A stretch of 64,000 bases of DNA from NCBI GenBank assembly GCA_037190965.1, contig JBBCKI010000064.1:1-64000 (forward strand), written 5' to 3'. This DNA comes from Chthoniobacteraceae bacterium. Its GTDB lineage: Bacteria; Verrucomicrobiota; Verrucomicrobiia; Chthoniobacterales; Chthoniobacteraceae. The notes beneath the pieces are model-generated. The model searched no databases, was not told where the DNA came from, and worked only from the letters and a program-made list of their open reading frames with translations. The translations under genes were made by a program, and so were the position numbers. Within the stretch, counting starts at the first letter, position 1. The number at the start of each line of letters is the position of its first letter. Positions 1 to 9,687 of the stretch are shown here, in pieces.

Positions 1-95
1 GCTCCGCCCTCCCTCTACCGCGCGGCAAGCGCGCGCGGGGCGAACGCGTCCAGTGTGAAATACCCTCCAACGGAGGGCGGAGCTCCGCGACGCCG
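1..95. repeat. REPIN-like element, family A (inverted arms, consensus GGAGGGCGGAGCTCCGCGACGCCG); left arm cut by the window edge
   Basis: gctccgccctcc at 1-12 and ggagggcggagctccgcgacgccg at 72-95; same arm at 13293-13372, 44665-44688, 51258-51359 and 59485-59558. Confidence 0.85.
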
Positions 96-143
96 CACTC
101 CTTGCAGCCGAAGGCTCACTTTTTCCCAGTTCATAAACACAAC

Positions 144-1100
144 TCAGAGGGCGCTCTCGCAGCGCGGCCCGCCGGGTGTCCAGTAGAGAGGGGAGACGCA
201 GGGGCGACGGGCCGTCATCGCGGGATCCCAGGCGTGGTAGGCCAGGTAGTCGGCTCCGTCCGGGCCGGTCACGATGGAATTGTGGCCGGGGCCGATCATT
301 TGCCCGGGGATGGTCCTCAAGACCCTGGGGCCGTTCTCGTTGCCTTCGTCGGAATACGGACCCAGCACATGGTCGGCCACTGCGTAATCGACGCCATAGG
401 TTTCATCCTCCCAGCGGCCCCCGCTGTAAAAGCAATAGTACCTCCCCGCATGTTTGCGGACGAAGGGGCCTTCCAGCGTGTGCCAGTCATACACACCGTC
501 ATACATCGGGCGGTTGGCCATGAATCGCTGCCAATCGCGTCGCGCCCGCAGGATCACCCGTTCCTCTCCCGCCGTCTTGTCCATGGTCGTGAGCCGGTCC
601 ACGGCAAGCATCGTGCCGGGCCGGGCGCTTCCGGGGGGCGAGCCGGTATCGAGGCAATCGCGCGCGTAGAAAAGGTACCAGGTGCCGTCATCATCGCGGA
701 ACGGGTGGGGGTCAATGGCGAAGGGAAGATCCACGGGGGCGATCATCGGTTCCCGCCTTATATCGCGATAGGGCCCCAGCGGATGCGGCGAGCTTGCCAC
801 GCGAATCTGGTGCCCCTTGTCGCCGTGGCCCACTGAATAGTAGAGCCAGAATCGCCCATGGGCATAGGCGACCTCCGGAGCCCAGAAATGAGTCCCCAGC
901 GCCGGGTCGGGTGGCTCCAGCGCCTCTCCGGCGGGTTTCCAGTGGATGAAGTCCTTCGAACTCAGAAGTGGAAAGACGCGGGCTCCCGGGGGGCGCTCTC
1001 CCGCCGCTTCCTCCACCCCGGTGCCGATGGCGAAATACTCGTCGCCATGCCGCCAGAGAAACGGATCGGCGAAATAGAGAGGGTGAATCGGAGCTTCCAT
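144..1100 (-). CDS. Glycoside hydrolase family 43 (beta-xylosidase/arabinanase-like)
   Basis: FADPF, FWAPEV, AIDPHPF, LEGPF and GPGHNS motifs of the GH43 five-bladed propeller; no signal peptide. Confidence 0.9.
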   Translation of the reverse strand: MEAPIHPLYFADPFLWRHGDEYFAIGTGVEEAAGERPPGARVFPLLSSKDFIHWKPAGEALEPPDPALGTHFWAPEVAYAHGRFWLYYSVGHGDKGHQIRVASSPHPLGPYRDIRREPMIAPVDLPFAIDPHPFRDDDGTWYLFYARDCLDTGSPPGSARPGTMLAVDRLTTMDKTAGEERVILRARRDWQRFMANRPMYDGVYDWHTLEGPFVRKHAGRYYCFYSGGRWEDETYGVDYAVADHVLGPYSDEGNENGPRVLRTIPGQMIGPGHNSIVTGPDGADYLAYHAWDPAMTARRPCVSPLYWTPGGPRCESAL

Positions 1101-1176
1101 CTGTATCGGAAGCTACGTGGGAAGGCTCAATATCGGCCGGGGCTACGAAAGAACGTAAAGGGAGAAGGGGGAATTT

Positions 1177-1362
1177 ATGCCAAGAGGATCCAGTCCGAAG
1201 CGCGAGAGGGAATACAAGGAGATTGAAAAGAAGATCGAGAAAGAGCACCGCTACCCGGGGCGTGAAAAGGAGGTCGCCGCCCGGATCGTCAATAAGCAGC
1301 GGGCGCAGCATGGGGAAACCAAGTCGGCGACGGGTTCCCGGCGGGGAAGCCGGAAAGCTTAG
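1177..1362 (+). CDS. Small basic conserved hypothetical protein (61 aa)
   Basis: Purine-rich RBS upstream; MPRGSSPKREREY...AARIVNKQRA resembles a widespread small-protein family. Confidence 0.75.
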   Translation: MPRGSSPKREREYKEIEKKIEKEHRYPGREKEVAARIVNKQRAQHGETKSATGSRRGSRKA

Positions 1363-1412
1363 CAATCCGCCATTGACGCTCCTCCCCGCGGGCTTCATCT
1401 TTACCCGCCTTT

Positions 1413-2553
1413 ATGAGCGTTGATTTCCATTTGATCGACACCTCTGCATTGAAGTCCCGCCTGGACGAGATGCGGAGGTATCTTTGACGTCCCGAAACTG
1501 CAATCCCGGCTTCGGGAACTAGAGGATCTGATGACCGCCCCGGAGTTCTGGAACAACCGGGAACGCGCCCAGGGAATGGTGGAGGAGGTTTCCCGGCTTC
1601 GTGGCCAGATCAATCCGTTGACGGAGATGGAGAGAGGCCTCGACGATGTCGAAGTCCTCAAGGCGCTCGCGGCGGAAGAGACCGACCCCGCCCAGCAGGA
1701 AGCCGCCGCCCGCGACGTGGAGACGGAGTTCAACGCTCTCGTCAAGAAACTGGAGGAGTTTGAACTTCGCAGCTATCTCTCCGGGTCCCACGACAAGGCG
1801 AACTGCTTCCTCGTGATCCACTCCGGCGCAGGCGGCACGGAATCGTGCGACTGGGCCGACATGCTGCTGAGGATGTATCAGCGATGGTGCGAACGGAGCG
1901 GCTTCAAGACGGAGATCGTCGATATTCAGGAGGGGGACGAGGTCGGCATCAAGTCGGTCACCCTGCAGGTCTCCGGCGATTACGCCTACGGCTATCTCCA
2001 GACGGAGCGGGGCGTGCATCGTCTCGTCCGCATCTCTCCTTTCGATTCCAACAAACGCCGCCACACCTCGTTCGCGAGCGTGGATTGCACCCCGGAGATC
2101 GCCGATTCCGAGCCGATCGAGGTCAACCCCGCCGATGTCGAACTCGATACCTTTCGGTCCGGCGGCAAAGGCGGCCAGAACGTCAACAAGGTGGAAACCG
2201 CCGTGCGCCTCGTCCACAAGCCAACGGGGATCGTCGTTGCCTGCCAGGCGGAACGGAGCCAGGGGCGTAACCGTGAGCTGGCAATGAAGATGCTCAAGGC
2301 CAAGCTCTATCAACTGGAACAGGACAAGAAAAACGCAGAGATGGAACGTCAGTACGGTGAAAAGGGGGAGATTGCCTGGGGCAGCCAGATTCGCTCCTAC
2401 GTTTTCCAGCCTTACCAGATGGTCAAGGATCACCGCACCGGCGTGGAAACCAGCGGCGTCGCGGCGGTCATGGATGGGGAGATCGATCCGTTCATCCACG
2501 GCAAGCTGCGCGGTCTGGTGAACAAGAAGGGTGGCGGCGACGATCTGGAATAG
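1413..2553 (+). CDS. prfB: Peptide chain release factor 2 with programmed +1 frameshift
   Basis: ATG 1413 is in frame with CTT-TGA-C (1482-1488), preceded by GGAGG; the +1 frame carries SPF, GGQ and WGSQIRSYV. Confidence 0.97.
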
Positions 2554-2656
2554 TGGTGAGATTCCAACTTTTCTTTCCGGTTTCCGGTTTCCACTCTTCG
2601 GTTTTCCCTTGATTCCCTTGACGCTCCGCAAGCCTTCTACTAGCGTCACGCCGTCT

Positions 2657-3886
2657 ATGCGGAAGCTATTCGTCTTCTTTTCACTGGTTCTGGTGGCGTC
2701 GTCCCCTGTCATTCCAAAAGCCGGTGCGGCTCTTGTGTACCGCGCCGGAGAAGGGTGGAATGCGGAGGACGAAGACTCGGGCGCGGCCGAGGCGACCGCT
2801 TCCGAACAACTCCGCAAGGCGGAGAACCTTCGTACCGAGGGCGAGCTGAAGAAGGCACTCGGCGCGTACCGCACACTGCTGCGGCGCTGGCCGGATTCCG
2901 GAGCCGGCCCGAAGGCTCAAATGAAGGTAGCGGAGCTTTATCAGGAGTTGGGCGACTCGGAGAAGGCCTTCGAAGCTTTCGGGAAGTATCTTTCCAAGTA
3001 CCCGCGTGGAGAGGATTTCGACGTAGCGCTCGAGAACCAGTTCAGCCTCGCTTCCAGCTTTCTGGAAGGGGAGCGGCGCAAGGTGTTCGGCGTGAAGACG
3101 TTCCCTTCCATGCAGAAGGCCGCCGACATGTTCGGGAAGATTCTCAAGAATGCCCCCTACAGCAAATGGGCCGCGCTCTCGCAGTATAACATCGGCCGGG
3201 CGCTGGAGAAGCAGACCAAGTACGACGAGGCCGTCGCCGCTTACCAGAAGACGGTGGACTCTTATCCCGCGGACGAAATTTCCGCCGACGCCCAGTATCA
3301 GATTGGTTACATCTATTTCAATCTTTCCAGGAACGGCTCGAACGACCAGGGAGCCCGGAACAAAGCCCGCGAGGCGTTTGAGGATTTCATCCTCAAGTAC
3401 CCCAAGAGCGAGAAGGTGGCACAGGCCAATGAAAACCTGACGGCTCTCTCCAGCACCGATACGAAGAAGACCCTTGGAGTCGCCCAGTTCTACCAAAAGA
3501 CAGGCAACCCGAAGGCGGCCGTCATTTACTACGAGGAAGTGATCCGCAGCGCCCCCGGGAGCGAGGAGGCCAAGGTGGCCAAGAAGCAGATGGAACACCT
3601 GAAGGTGACCGTCGGCGAAGACGCGCTGCGCGCGGGCCCCGAACGTGCCGAGACCGGCGCGAAAGCCAAGGAGCGCCGCAAGCTCCAGGCCCAGGTTGAC
3701 ACCGCCTCCCGTCCCGATTACGTCGGGCCTCCCGCTCCGGCCGCGCCTCCGGTGCCCGATGAGGTCGCTCCGGCGCAACCGAGCTTCCGGACCTTCCCTG
3801 ACCTCGTCGAACCGCCGCTTCCGACCGAGTCACAGGAGGCTTTGCCCAATACCCCGCTTGCTCCGGTCGACCCCAACAACCCGTAG
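2657..3886 (+). CDS. bamD: Outer membrane assembly factor BamD-like TPR protein
   Basis: Signal peptide, repeated TPR units (YP.S/YP.G), AAVIYYEEV, Pro-rich tail; adjacent to lptE-like gene. Confidence 0.8.
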   Translation: MRKLFVFFSLVLVASSPVIPKAGAALVYRAGEGWNAEDEDSGAAEATASEQLRKAENLRTEGELKKALGAYRTLLRRWPDSGAGPKAQMKVAELYQELGDSEKAFEAFGKYLSKYPRGEDFDVALENQFSLASSFLEGERRKVFGVKTFPSMQKAADMFGKILKNAPYSKWAALSQYNIGRALEKQTKYDEAVAAYQKTVDSYPADEISADAQYQIGYIYFNLSRNGSNDQGARNKAREAFEDFILKYPKSEKVAQANENLTALSSTDTKKTLGVAQFYQKTGNPKAAVIYYEEVIRSAPGSEEAKVAKKQMEHLKVTVGEDALRAGPERAETGAKAKERRKLQAQVDTASRPDYVGPPAPAAPPVPDEVAPAQPSFRTFPDLVEPPLPTESQEALPNTPLAPVDPNNP

Positions 3887-3896
3887 TCCTCTCCCG

Positions 3897-4412
3897 ATGC
3901 GATTCTGCTCTCTCTTTGCCGCTGTCTCGGCGGTGTTTCTCCTTAACGGATGCGCGAGCTATCGCTTGGGCCCGATCGTGCCCAAGACCATGGAGGGGGT
4001 AAAGACCGTCGCCGTGCCGACGTTCGAGAACGACACCCTGATCCCGAGGCTCGAAGTCTTGGCGGCCGGTTCCGTGATCAAGCAGATCCAGCAGGACGGG
4101 ACGTTCCAGGTGGAGGGCGAATCCACCGCCGACGTCATCATTGAAGGCAAGATCGTCGGAGTGCGGCGGCATGGTTCCCGTTCCGTGCGTGGCAACGTCC
4201 TCGCTTCCAGGGAATACACCCTCAGCGTGAGCTTCGAATATGTGGTCACCCGGCGGAGCACCGGCGAGCGGCTTGATTCAGGAAAAGTCACCGGCAACAC
4301 CAGCTTTTTTGTGAGCGGCAACGACGTGAACCAGGACGAACGCCAGGCCATCCCGCTCGCGCTGGAAGACGCCGCCGTGCGTCTCGTCAGCCGGATCAGC
4401 GAAGGGTGGTAG
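3897..4412 (+). CDS. lptE: LPS assembly lipoprotein LptE-like
   Basis: Lipobox LNGC followed by YRLG; VAVPTFEN.T..P motif; C-terminal EGW. Confidence 0.8.
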   Translation: MRFCSLFAAVSAVFLLNGCASYRLGPIVPKTMEGVKTVAVPTFENDTLIPRLEVLAAGSVIKQIQQDGTFQVEGESTADVIIEGKIVGVRRHGSRSVRGNVLASREYTLSVSFEYVVTRRSTGERLDSGKVTGNTSFFVSGNDVNQDERQAIPLALEDAAVRLVSRISEGW

Positions 4413-4458
4413 GCCGCGCCTATCGGGAGTACAGGGAGCACTCGGCAGGGGGATACTA

Positions 4459-5151
4459 ATGCTTTTTCTGGTCCCCACGCCCATCGGAAACCTCGGCGAC
4501 ATCACGCTCCGGGCCTTGGAAGTCCTCAAGAGCGCGGACGTCATCGCCGCGGAAGATACCCGCCATTCCGGGCATCTGCTTCGCCACTTCGAGATTTCAA
4601 AGCCGCTCGTTTCCTACCACGAGCACAACGAAGCCCGCCGAACCCAGGAGCTGCTGGAGCGGCTCCGCAAAGGGGAAACCGTTGCGGTGATCTCCGACGC
4701 GGGGATGCCCGGCATCTCGGACCCCGGCGCGCGCATTCTTTCCGCCTGCGTGGCCGAAGGGCTCCCATATTCCGTCCTGCCCGGGCCTTCGGCATCGATT
4801 ACCGCGTTGATCGGTTCCGGATTCCCCGCCGACGCCTTCTTCTACGGCGGTTTTCTGCCTCCCAAAAGCGGCGGTCGCGAGCGAGACCTTGCCGCTGCGG
4901 CGGAGCGGCGCGAGACGAGCGTTTTTTACGAAAGCCCCCACCGGATCTGCAAAACGCTGGAAGCGGCGGTGCGGCTCCTCGGCGAACGCCCCGTGTGCGT
5001 AGCCCGGGAGCTGACCAAGACCTTCGAAGAGTACCGGATCGGCACGGCGGCGGAACTGCTGGCTCATTACACGGCGCATCCTCCCAAAGGGGAGATCGTC
5101 TTTCTTGTGAAGGGGCTGACCTCCCGCGAATGGCGGGATCGCGAGGGTTGA
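4459..5151 (+). CDS. rsmI: 16S rRNA (cytidine1402-2'-O)-methyltransferase
   Basis: PTPIGNLGDIT, AAEDTR, SDAGMPGISDPG, YESPHR, ARELTK. Confidence 0.97.
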   Translation: MLFLVPTPIGNLGDITLRALEVLKSADVIAAEDTRHSGHLLRHFEISKPLVSYHEHNEARRTQELLERLRKGETVAVISDAGMPGISDPGARILSACVAEGLPYSVLPGPSASITALIGSGFPADAFFYGGFLPPKSGGRERDLAAAAERRETSVFYESPHRICKTLEAAVRLLGERPVCVARELTKTFEEYRIGTAAELLAHYTAHPPKGEIVFLVKGLTSREWRDREG

Positions 5152-5157
5152 TGAAAA

Positions 5158-5318
5158 GGTAGTCCGCTCTCGCCGAGAGCGCGGGCGATGAGTTGGTGGC
5201 ACGTTTGGCCTCCATCCCCGCCGGACGGGCTGCTCTTGCCGGGATGCGGCTCCAAGGGAGCCACGGGAGTCGATACCCGCGCTCGACGGCGCGAGCGGAC
5301 TACCGGTGCTGCCGCACC
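5158..5318. repeat. REPIN/MITE-like element, family B (GTAG-type inverted arms), copy 1
   Basis: ggtagtccgctctcgccgagagcgcggg...cccgcgctcgacggcgcgagcggactacc; collinear with 36101-36262. Confidence 0.85.
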
Positions 5319-5380
5319 ATCGCAGTGCGGAATCAGATTGAAACAATCTTTCTCCGGCAGTAATTTCCCTGATCCACCTT

Positions 5381-6322
5381 ATGCCCGCACTTGGAGTAGA
5401 CCTCGTAGAAGACATCCTCGCGTTGAAGCGCGAGCGGAATGCAGTGATCCTGGCCCATAACTATCAGGTCAAGGAGATCCAGGATATTGCCGATTTCGTG
5501 GGCGATTCTCTCGGCCTGAGCTATAAGGCGGCGGAGACCGACGCGGACGTGATCGCGTTTTGCGGTGTCCACTTCATGGCCGAGACGGCAAAGATCGTCA
5601 ACCCCTCCAAGACCGTCGTGCTGCCGGACCTCGAAGCCGGGTGCTCGCTGTCGGATTCCTGCCCCGGCGACAAGCTTGAGGCCTATCTCAAGGCGCACGC
5701 CGACAAGAACTACTACGTCGTCGCCTACATCAATTGCAGCGCCCACGTCAAAGCCCTCTCCGACGTGATCTGCACCAGCGGCAACGCCGTCAAGATCGTC
5801 AATTCGATCCCGGAAGACCGGAACATCCTCTTCGTGCCGGATGAAAACCTCGGCTCATGGGTGATGGAGCAGACGGGCCGAAAGATGGATCTCTGGAAGG
5901 GACATTGTTATGTTCACGTTGAATTCACGGCGAAGAGCATCGAGCGGATTCGCGAAAGCCATCCCGACGCACCGGTGGTCGCCCATCCGGAATGCACCTA
6001 CGCGGTGCGTATCCTCGCAGATGAAGTTTGCTCGACGGAGAAGATGGTCACTTTTTGCCGGAATCATCCCTCCCCCGCCTTCATCATCGTGACGGAGGAG
6101 GGGATGCTCCACCGGCTCCGCCGCGAGTGTCCCGACAAGGTGTTCATCCCCGGGCCGACCGACGCCTGCGCTTGCGCCGAGTGCCGGTACATGAAAAAGA
6201 ACACCCTGGAGAAACTTTATGACGCGCTTCTGAATCTGAAGCCGGAGATCGTCCTGCCGGAAGCGCTGCGCGCCCGGGCGGAACTCCCGATCCGGCGGAT
6301 GCTGGAGATCAGTGCGACGTAG
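5381..6322 (+). CDS. nadA: Quinolinate synthase
   Basis: ILAHNYQ, GDSL, FCGVHFMAE, AGCSL, HPEC, C.YMK.NTLEK. Confidence 0.97.
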   Translation: MPALGVDLVEDILALKRERNAVILAHNYQVKEIQDIADFVGDSLGLSYKAAETDADVIAFCGVHFMAETAKIVNPSKTVVLPDLEAGCSLSDSCPGDKLEAYLKAHADKNYYVVAYINCSAHVKALSDVICTSGNAVKIVNSIPEDRNILFVPDENLGSWVMEQTGRKMDLWKGHCYVHVEFTAKSIERIRESHPDAPVVAHPECTYAVRILADEVCSTEKMVTFCRNHPSPAFIIVTEEGMLHRLRRECPDKVFIPGPTDACACAECRYMKKNTLEKLYDALLNLKPEIVLPEALRARAELPIRRMLEISAT

Positions 6323-6416
6323 ATTTCGGGCGTGCGGGTAGGGAGTGTTATTTTGTGAAATTTGCTTCCAAAATGGAAGGAGTTTCCTAAATTACATTCC
6401 TACTCAATAATGCCGA

Positions 6417-9065
6417 ATGGAATCTGCGAAACATTGTGTCTGTATCGTTAGGAAGTTTTCTCGTCTGGCGGGTGTTGTTGCTGCAGTTGTCCTGATGACG
6501 GGAGTTGTGCTTAATCTGCCCGTTTATGCAGGTGTTGTCGCACAGAATAATGCTGTGCCCTTTGAGATGGATCAGGGTGGGACTTCAGGTGATATGGCAA
6601 CATATCTGCTTGGGAGTAGTGGAGCCGTTACGCGGATTTTCATTGATGGCACAAGTGACGGTTTTGTTTTTGTGGGGAGAAATCAGTCATATAACGCGCT
6701 CGCCATTTTAAATGGATCAAAGCTCCAGAATCAGAATGGATATATTGGCGTTAATGAAACTAGCAACAACAACAGAGTTTCTATTTTCGGGCACGGTTCG
6801 ATTTGGGAAAATAGCGCGTCGCTTACTGTTGGTTCTTCGGGTTGGGGTAATGAGCTATTCGTTGAGCAAAGGGCGACCGTTACCTCAGGGAGTGGCTTTA
6901 TTGGGGTAAATCCTACGGGTAGCTACAATTCGGTCACTGTCCGAGGTTTCGGGTCAACCTGGACAAATACTTCGGAAATTAGAGTCGGGGGGCAGGGGAT
7001 GGGTAATCTTTTGAACGTGGAGGGCGGTGGGGCGATAAACACCGCGACTTTTAATGTCGGTTGGGGAGTGAATAATGCTGTGCATTATGGGGACCACAAC
7101 TCGGTGGTTGTCAGGGGCTCCGGTTCAAGCATAACGACCAGCAGTCATTCGACGGTAGGTGTTTACGGTAGCGGAAATTCGATGCGCATCGAAGAGGGAG
7201 GCGCGGTTACCGCCAGTGGCGGTTTAACAATCGGTGCAGGTAGCGAGAGCATCGATTCAAGAGAAAACTTCGTTGCCGTCGAGGGTTCCGGTTCGACTTT
7301 GACCATTGCTAAAGGGCTTACCATTGGAGCGTATGGCAGGGGAAATAGACTGACGGTCGAGAATGGGGGAGTTGTCGTAAATACGGGCAGTGCGGAGTTC
7401 GTCACCATTGGCTCCATGTGGACTTCCGGCGACAACTCGGTGCTTGTGCGTGGGGATGGTTCCGAATGGAAGATCGAGGGCAGTTTCATTCTCGGCGATT
7501 CGGGCTACAATAATTCGCTGACAATTCAGAGTGGTGGTGCGGTAATCACCAGTGGTTCAAGCGTGATTGGGGGCGGTTGGAATAGTAGTGCCAGTCACAA
7601 TAACATCGTCACGGTATCTGGCTCAGGCGCGAAATGGACAACCTTGGGGTTACTCACCGTCGGTCATGGCTTTGATGCTCACCTGAACTCGCTGGTTATT
7701 GAAGACGGAGCGGCTGTTACCTCCGGAAGTAGCCTGATTGGGGCCATCGGTGGTAACAATTCAGCCACTGTCCGCGGTTTCGGATCAAGATGGACGAACA
7801 CCAAGGAACTTCAAGTCGGTGGGCGGGGATCGGCCAATTTGTTGACTGTCGAAAACGGCGGGGCGATAGAGGCCGCGATTCTTAATGTCGGTTTGGGGTC
7901 GAGCGATGCCGCAAATTTTGGGAACGGCAACTCGGTCGTTGTTCAGGGCTTCGGTTCAACCATAACGGCCAGCGGTCATTCGACGGTAGGTGCTTACGGT
8001 AACGAAAATTCGATGGATATTAGGGGAGGAGCAGAGGTTAAGGCTAATGGCGGTTTCACAATCGGTCTAGGCAGCGATAGTATCAACGCAAAAGATAACG
8101 TCGTTAGCGTCAGCGGTGTTAATTCGACTTGGTCCATTGCTGAGGGGCTCACCGTTGGAGCTTATAGTACCGGGAATAAACTGGCGATCGAGCAGGGGGG
8201 AACTGTTGCAAATACGGGAAGCACCGGGACCGTCACCATTGGCTCTATGGTTACTTCCAGCAGCAACTCGGTGTCTGTAAACGACAATGGTTCCAAATGG
8301 ACCATCGGTGGCAACCTCATCATCGGCGATGCCGGTCACAAAAATTCGCTGACGATTCAGAATGGCGGAGCGGTAACCACCAGTGGCTCAAGTGTGATTG
8401 GGGCCGCCTTAAGCGGTTCCAATAACAGCGTCACGGTATCTGGATCGGGGGCAAAATGGATAAACTTGGGAATGCTCACTGTCGGTAATCTTGGTTACAA
8501 AAACTCGGTAGTGATCGAGGACGGTGCCTTCGTAAGCTCTGTTGGCGCAATGATCGGGTATTCCGGGAAGGGAAATTCCATTATCGTCAGCGGTTCGGGG
8601 GCGGTATGGAGAAACACCGGCAACCTCACCATCGGGGGCAGCAACAATGCTGATAATATGTTAATGATCAGTGATAACGCCCTTGTCACCCTATCAGGCG
8701 GCTTTGATTTCTCTTCATACCGTGACGGCTTCGGTAACTATCTGCGTCTTGATGGGGGATACTTTGCGTGGCATGGCGATCGAATCAGCGAGGTGAGTAA
8801 TCTTCTTGCCGGAGGGTTCATTCAAATCTGGAACGGCAATCAGTGGGTAAATGCAGCGGGCGAGACACAGTTTTCATACTCCTTTTTTGAGACCGACCAA
8901 ACGGCTTTTGATTTCAGCGGTTATGAAAATCTGGGGGGATATACGATTTTGGCGGCCATTCCAGAGCCTGGTGCGTGGGCCTTGCTCAGTGGCGCGGCGT
9001 TTGTCATGGCACCTTTGCTCTCCAGACGAAAGAGAGCGTTGGGGGAACGACGCTGCTGCACCTGA
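6417..9065 (+). CDS. PEP-CTERM-sorted surface protein with autotransporter/PEP-CTERM-associated Gly/Asn-rich beta repeats
   Basis: Signal peptide; repeated V.G.GS.W...L.VG..G..N.L.I..GG.V units; C-terminal IPEP + transmembrane segment + RRKR; visibly lower GC than flanks. Confidence 0.88.
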   Translation: MESAKHCVCIVRKFSRLAGVVAAVVLMTGVVLNLPVYAGVVAQNNAVPFEMDQGGTSGDMATYLLGSSGAVTRIFIDGTSDGFVFVGRNQSYNALAILNGSKLQNQNGYIGVNETSNNNRVSIFGHGSIWENSASLTVGSSGWGNELFVEQRATVTSGSGFIGVNPTGSYNSVTVRGFGSTWTNTSEIRVGGQGMGNLLNVEGGGAINTATFNVGWGVNNAVHYGDHNSVVVRGSGSSITTSSHSTVGVYGSGNSMRIEEGGAVTASGGLTIGAGSESIDSRENFVAVEGSGSTLTIAKGLTIGAYGRGNRLTVENGGVVVNTGSAEFVTIGSMWTSGDNSVLVRGDGSEWKIEGSFILGDSGYNNSLTIQSGGAVITSGSSVIGGGWNSSASHNNIVTVSGSGAKWTTLGLLTVGHGFDAHLNSLVIEDGAAVTSGSSLIGAIGGNNSATVRGFGSRWTNTKELQVGGRGSANLLTVENGGAIEAAILNVGLGSSDAANFGNGNSVVVQGFGSTITASGHSTVGAYGNENSMDIRGGAEVKANGGFTIGLGSDSINAKDNVVSVSGVNSTWSIAEGLTVGAYSTGNKLAIEQGGTVANTGSTGTVTIGSMVTSSSNSVSVNDNGSKWTIGGNLIIGDAGHKNSLTIQNGGAVTTSGSSVIGAALSGSNNSVTVSGSGAKWINLGMLTVGNLGYKNSVVIEDGAFVSSVGAMIGYSGKGNSIIVSGSGAVWRNTGNLTIGGSNNADNMLMISDNALVTLSGGFDFSSYRDGFGNYLRLDGGYFAWHGDRISEVSNLLAGGFIQIWNGNQWVNAAGETQFSYSFFETDQTAFDFSGYENLGGYTILAAIPEPGAWALLSGAAFVMAPLLSRRKRALGERRCCT

Positions 9066-9124
9066 ATGGCGCGTGGCCGTGGGAGGTCCTTCCTTCATCC
9101 TTTTGCGCCCCTCTCTTTCTTTTA

Positions 9125-9141
9125 TTTAGAATTATTCTTGA
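9125..9141. promoter_or_regulatory. Candidate Fur-family (Irr/PerR-type) operator TTTAGAA-TTA-TTCTTGA
   Basis: AT-rich imperfect inverted repeat ~45 bp upstream of the fur-sufCBD operon. Confidence 0.55.
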
Positions 9142-9186
9142 TTGGCGACGGCGGTGTCGCGATATTGGGCGACCCCGGATATCGCC

Positions 9187-9687
9187 ATGCAACCGCCATC
9201 AAAAAACTCCTCAGAGGCTTCGAGCGCGAAGATCGATTCGTCGGAGAACTTCGACGCGATGATCGCGCGGAGCGGCATTCGCAACACCCAGCAGCGCCGC
9301 TACGTGTATGAAGCGTTGATGGAGCATCGCGATCATCCCACGGCGCAGGATATTTTCATGCGGGTGAAGGCCAAGGTCCCCTCGATCTCTCTGGCGACTG
9401 TTTACAATTGCCTGGAGACCTTGACGGAATCGGGATTGATCAAACACGTCAATCTTGACCGCGCCCCCTCCCGGTATTGCCAGAACCCGGCGCCGCATGG
9501 GCATTTTTTCTGCAACGAGTGCGGCTCGGTCGCCGATGTCCCGCTCAAGGGTTCCCTCGCTGAAACCTGGGAAGTGCCGCCCAATACCGTGGTTTCCCAG
9601 GCGGAGATCACCCTTCGGGGCCTCTGTCCGGATTGCGCCACCCGGCCCGCCTCCTCTTCTTCTGTTATTCCATCCGTTCCACTATGA
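9187..9687 (+). CDS. Fur-family transcriptional regulator (PerR/Irr-like)
   Basis: [20 protein letters not shown] and GLCPDC motifs; its TGA overlaps the sufC ATG. Confidence 0.9.
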   Translation: MQPPSKNSSEASSAKIDSSENFDAMIARSGIRNTQQRRYVYEALMEHRDHPTAQDIFMRVKAKVPSISLATVYNCLETLTESGLIKHVNLDRAPSRYCQNPAPHGHFFCNECGSVADVPLKGSLAETWEVPPNTVVSQAEITLRGLCPDCATRPASSSSVIPSVPL

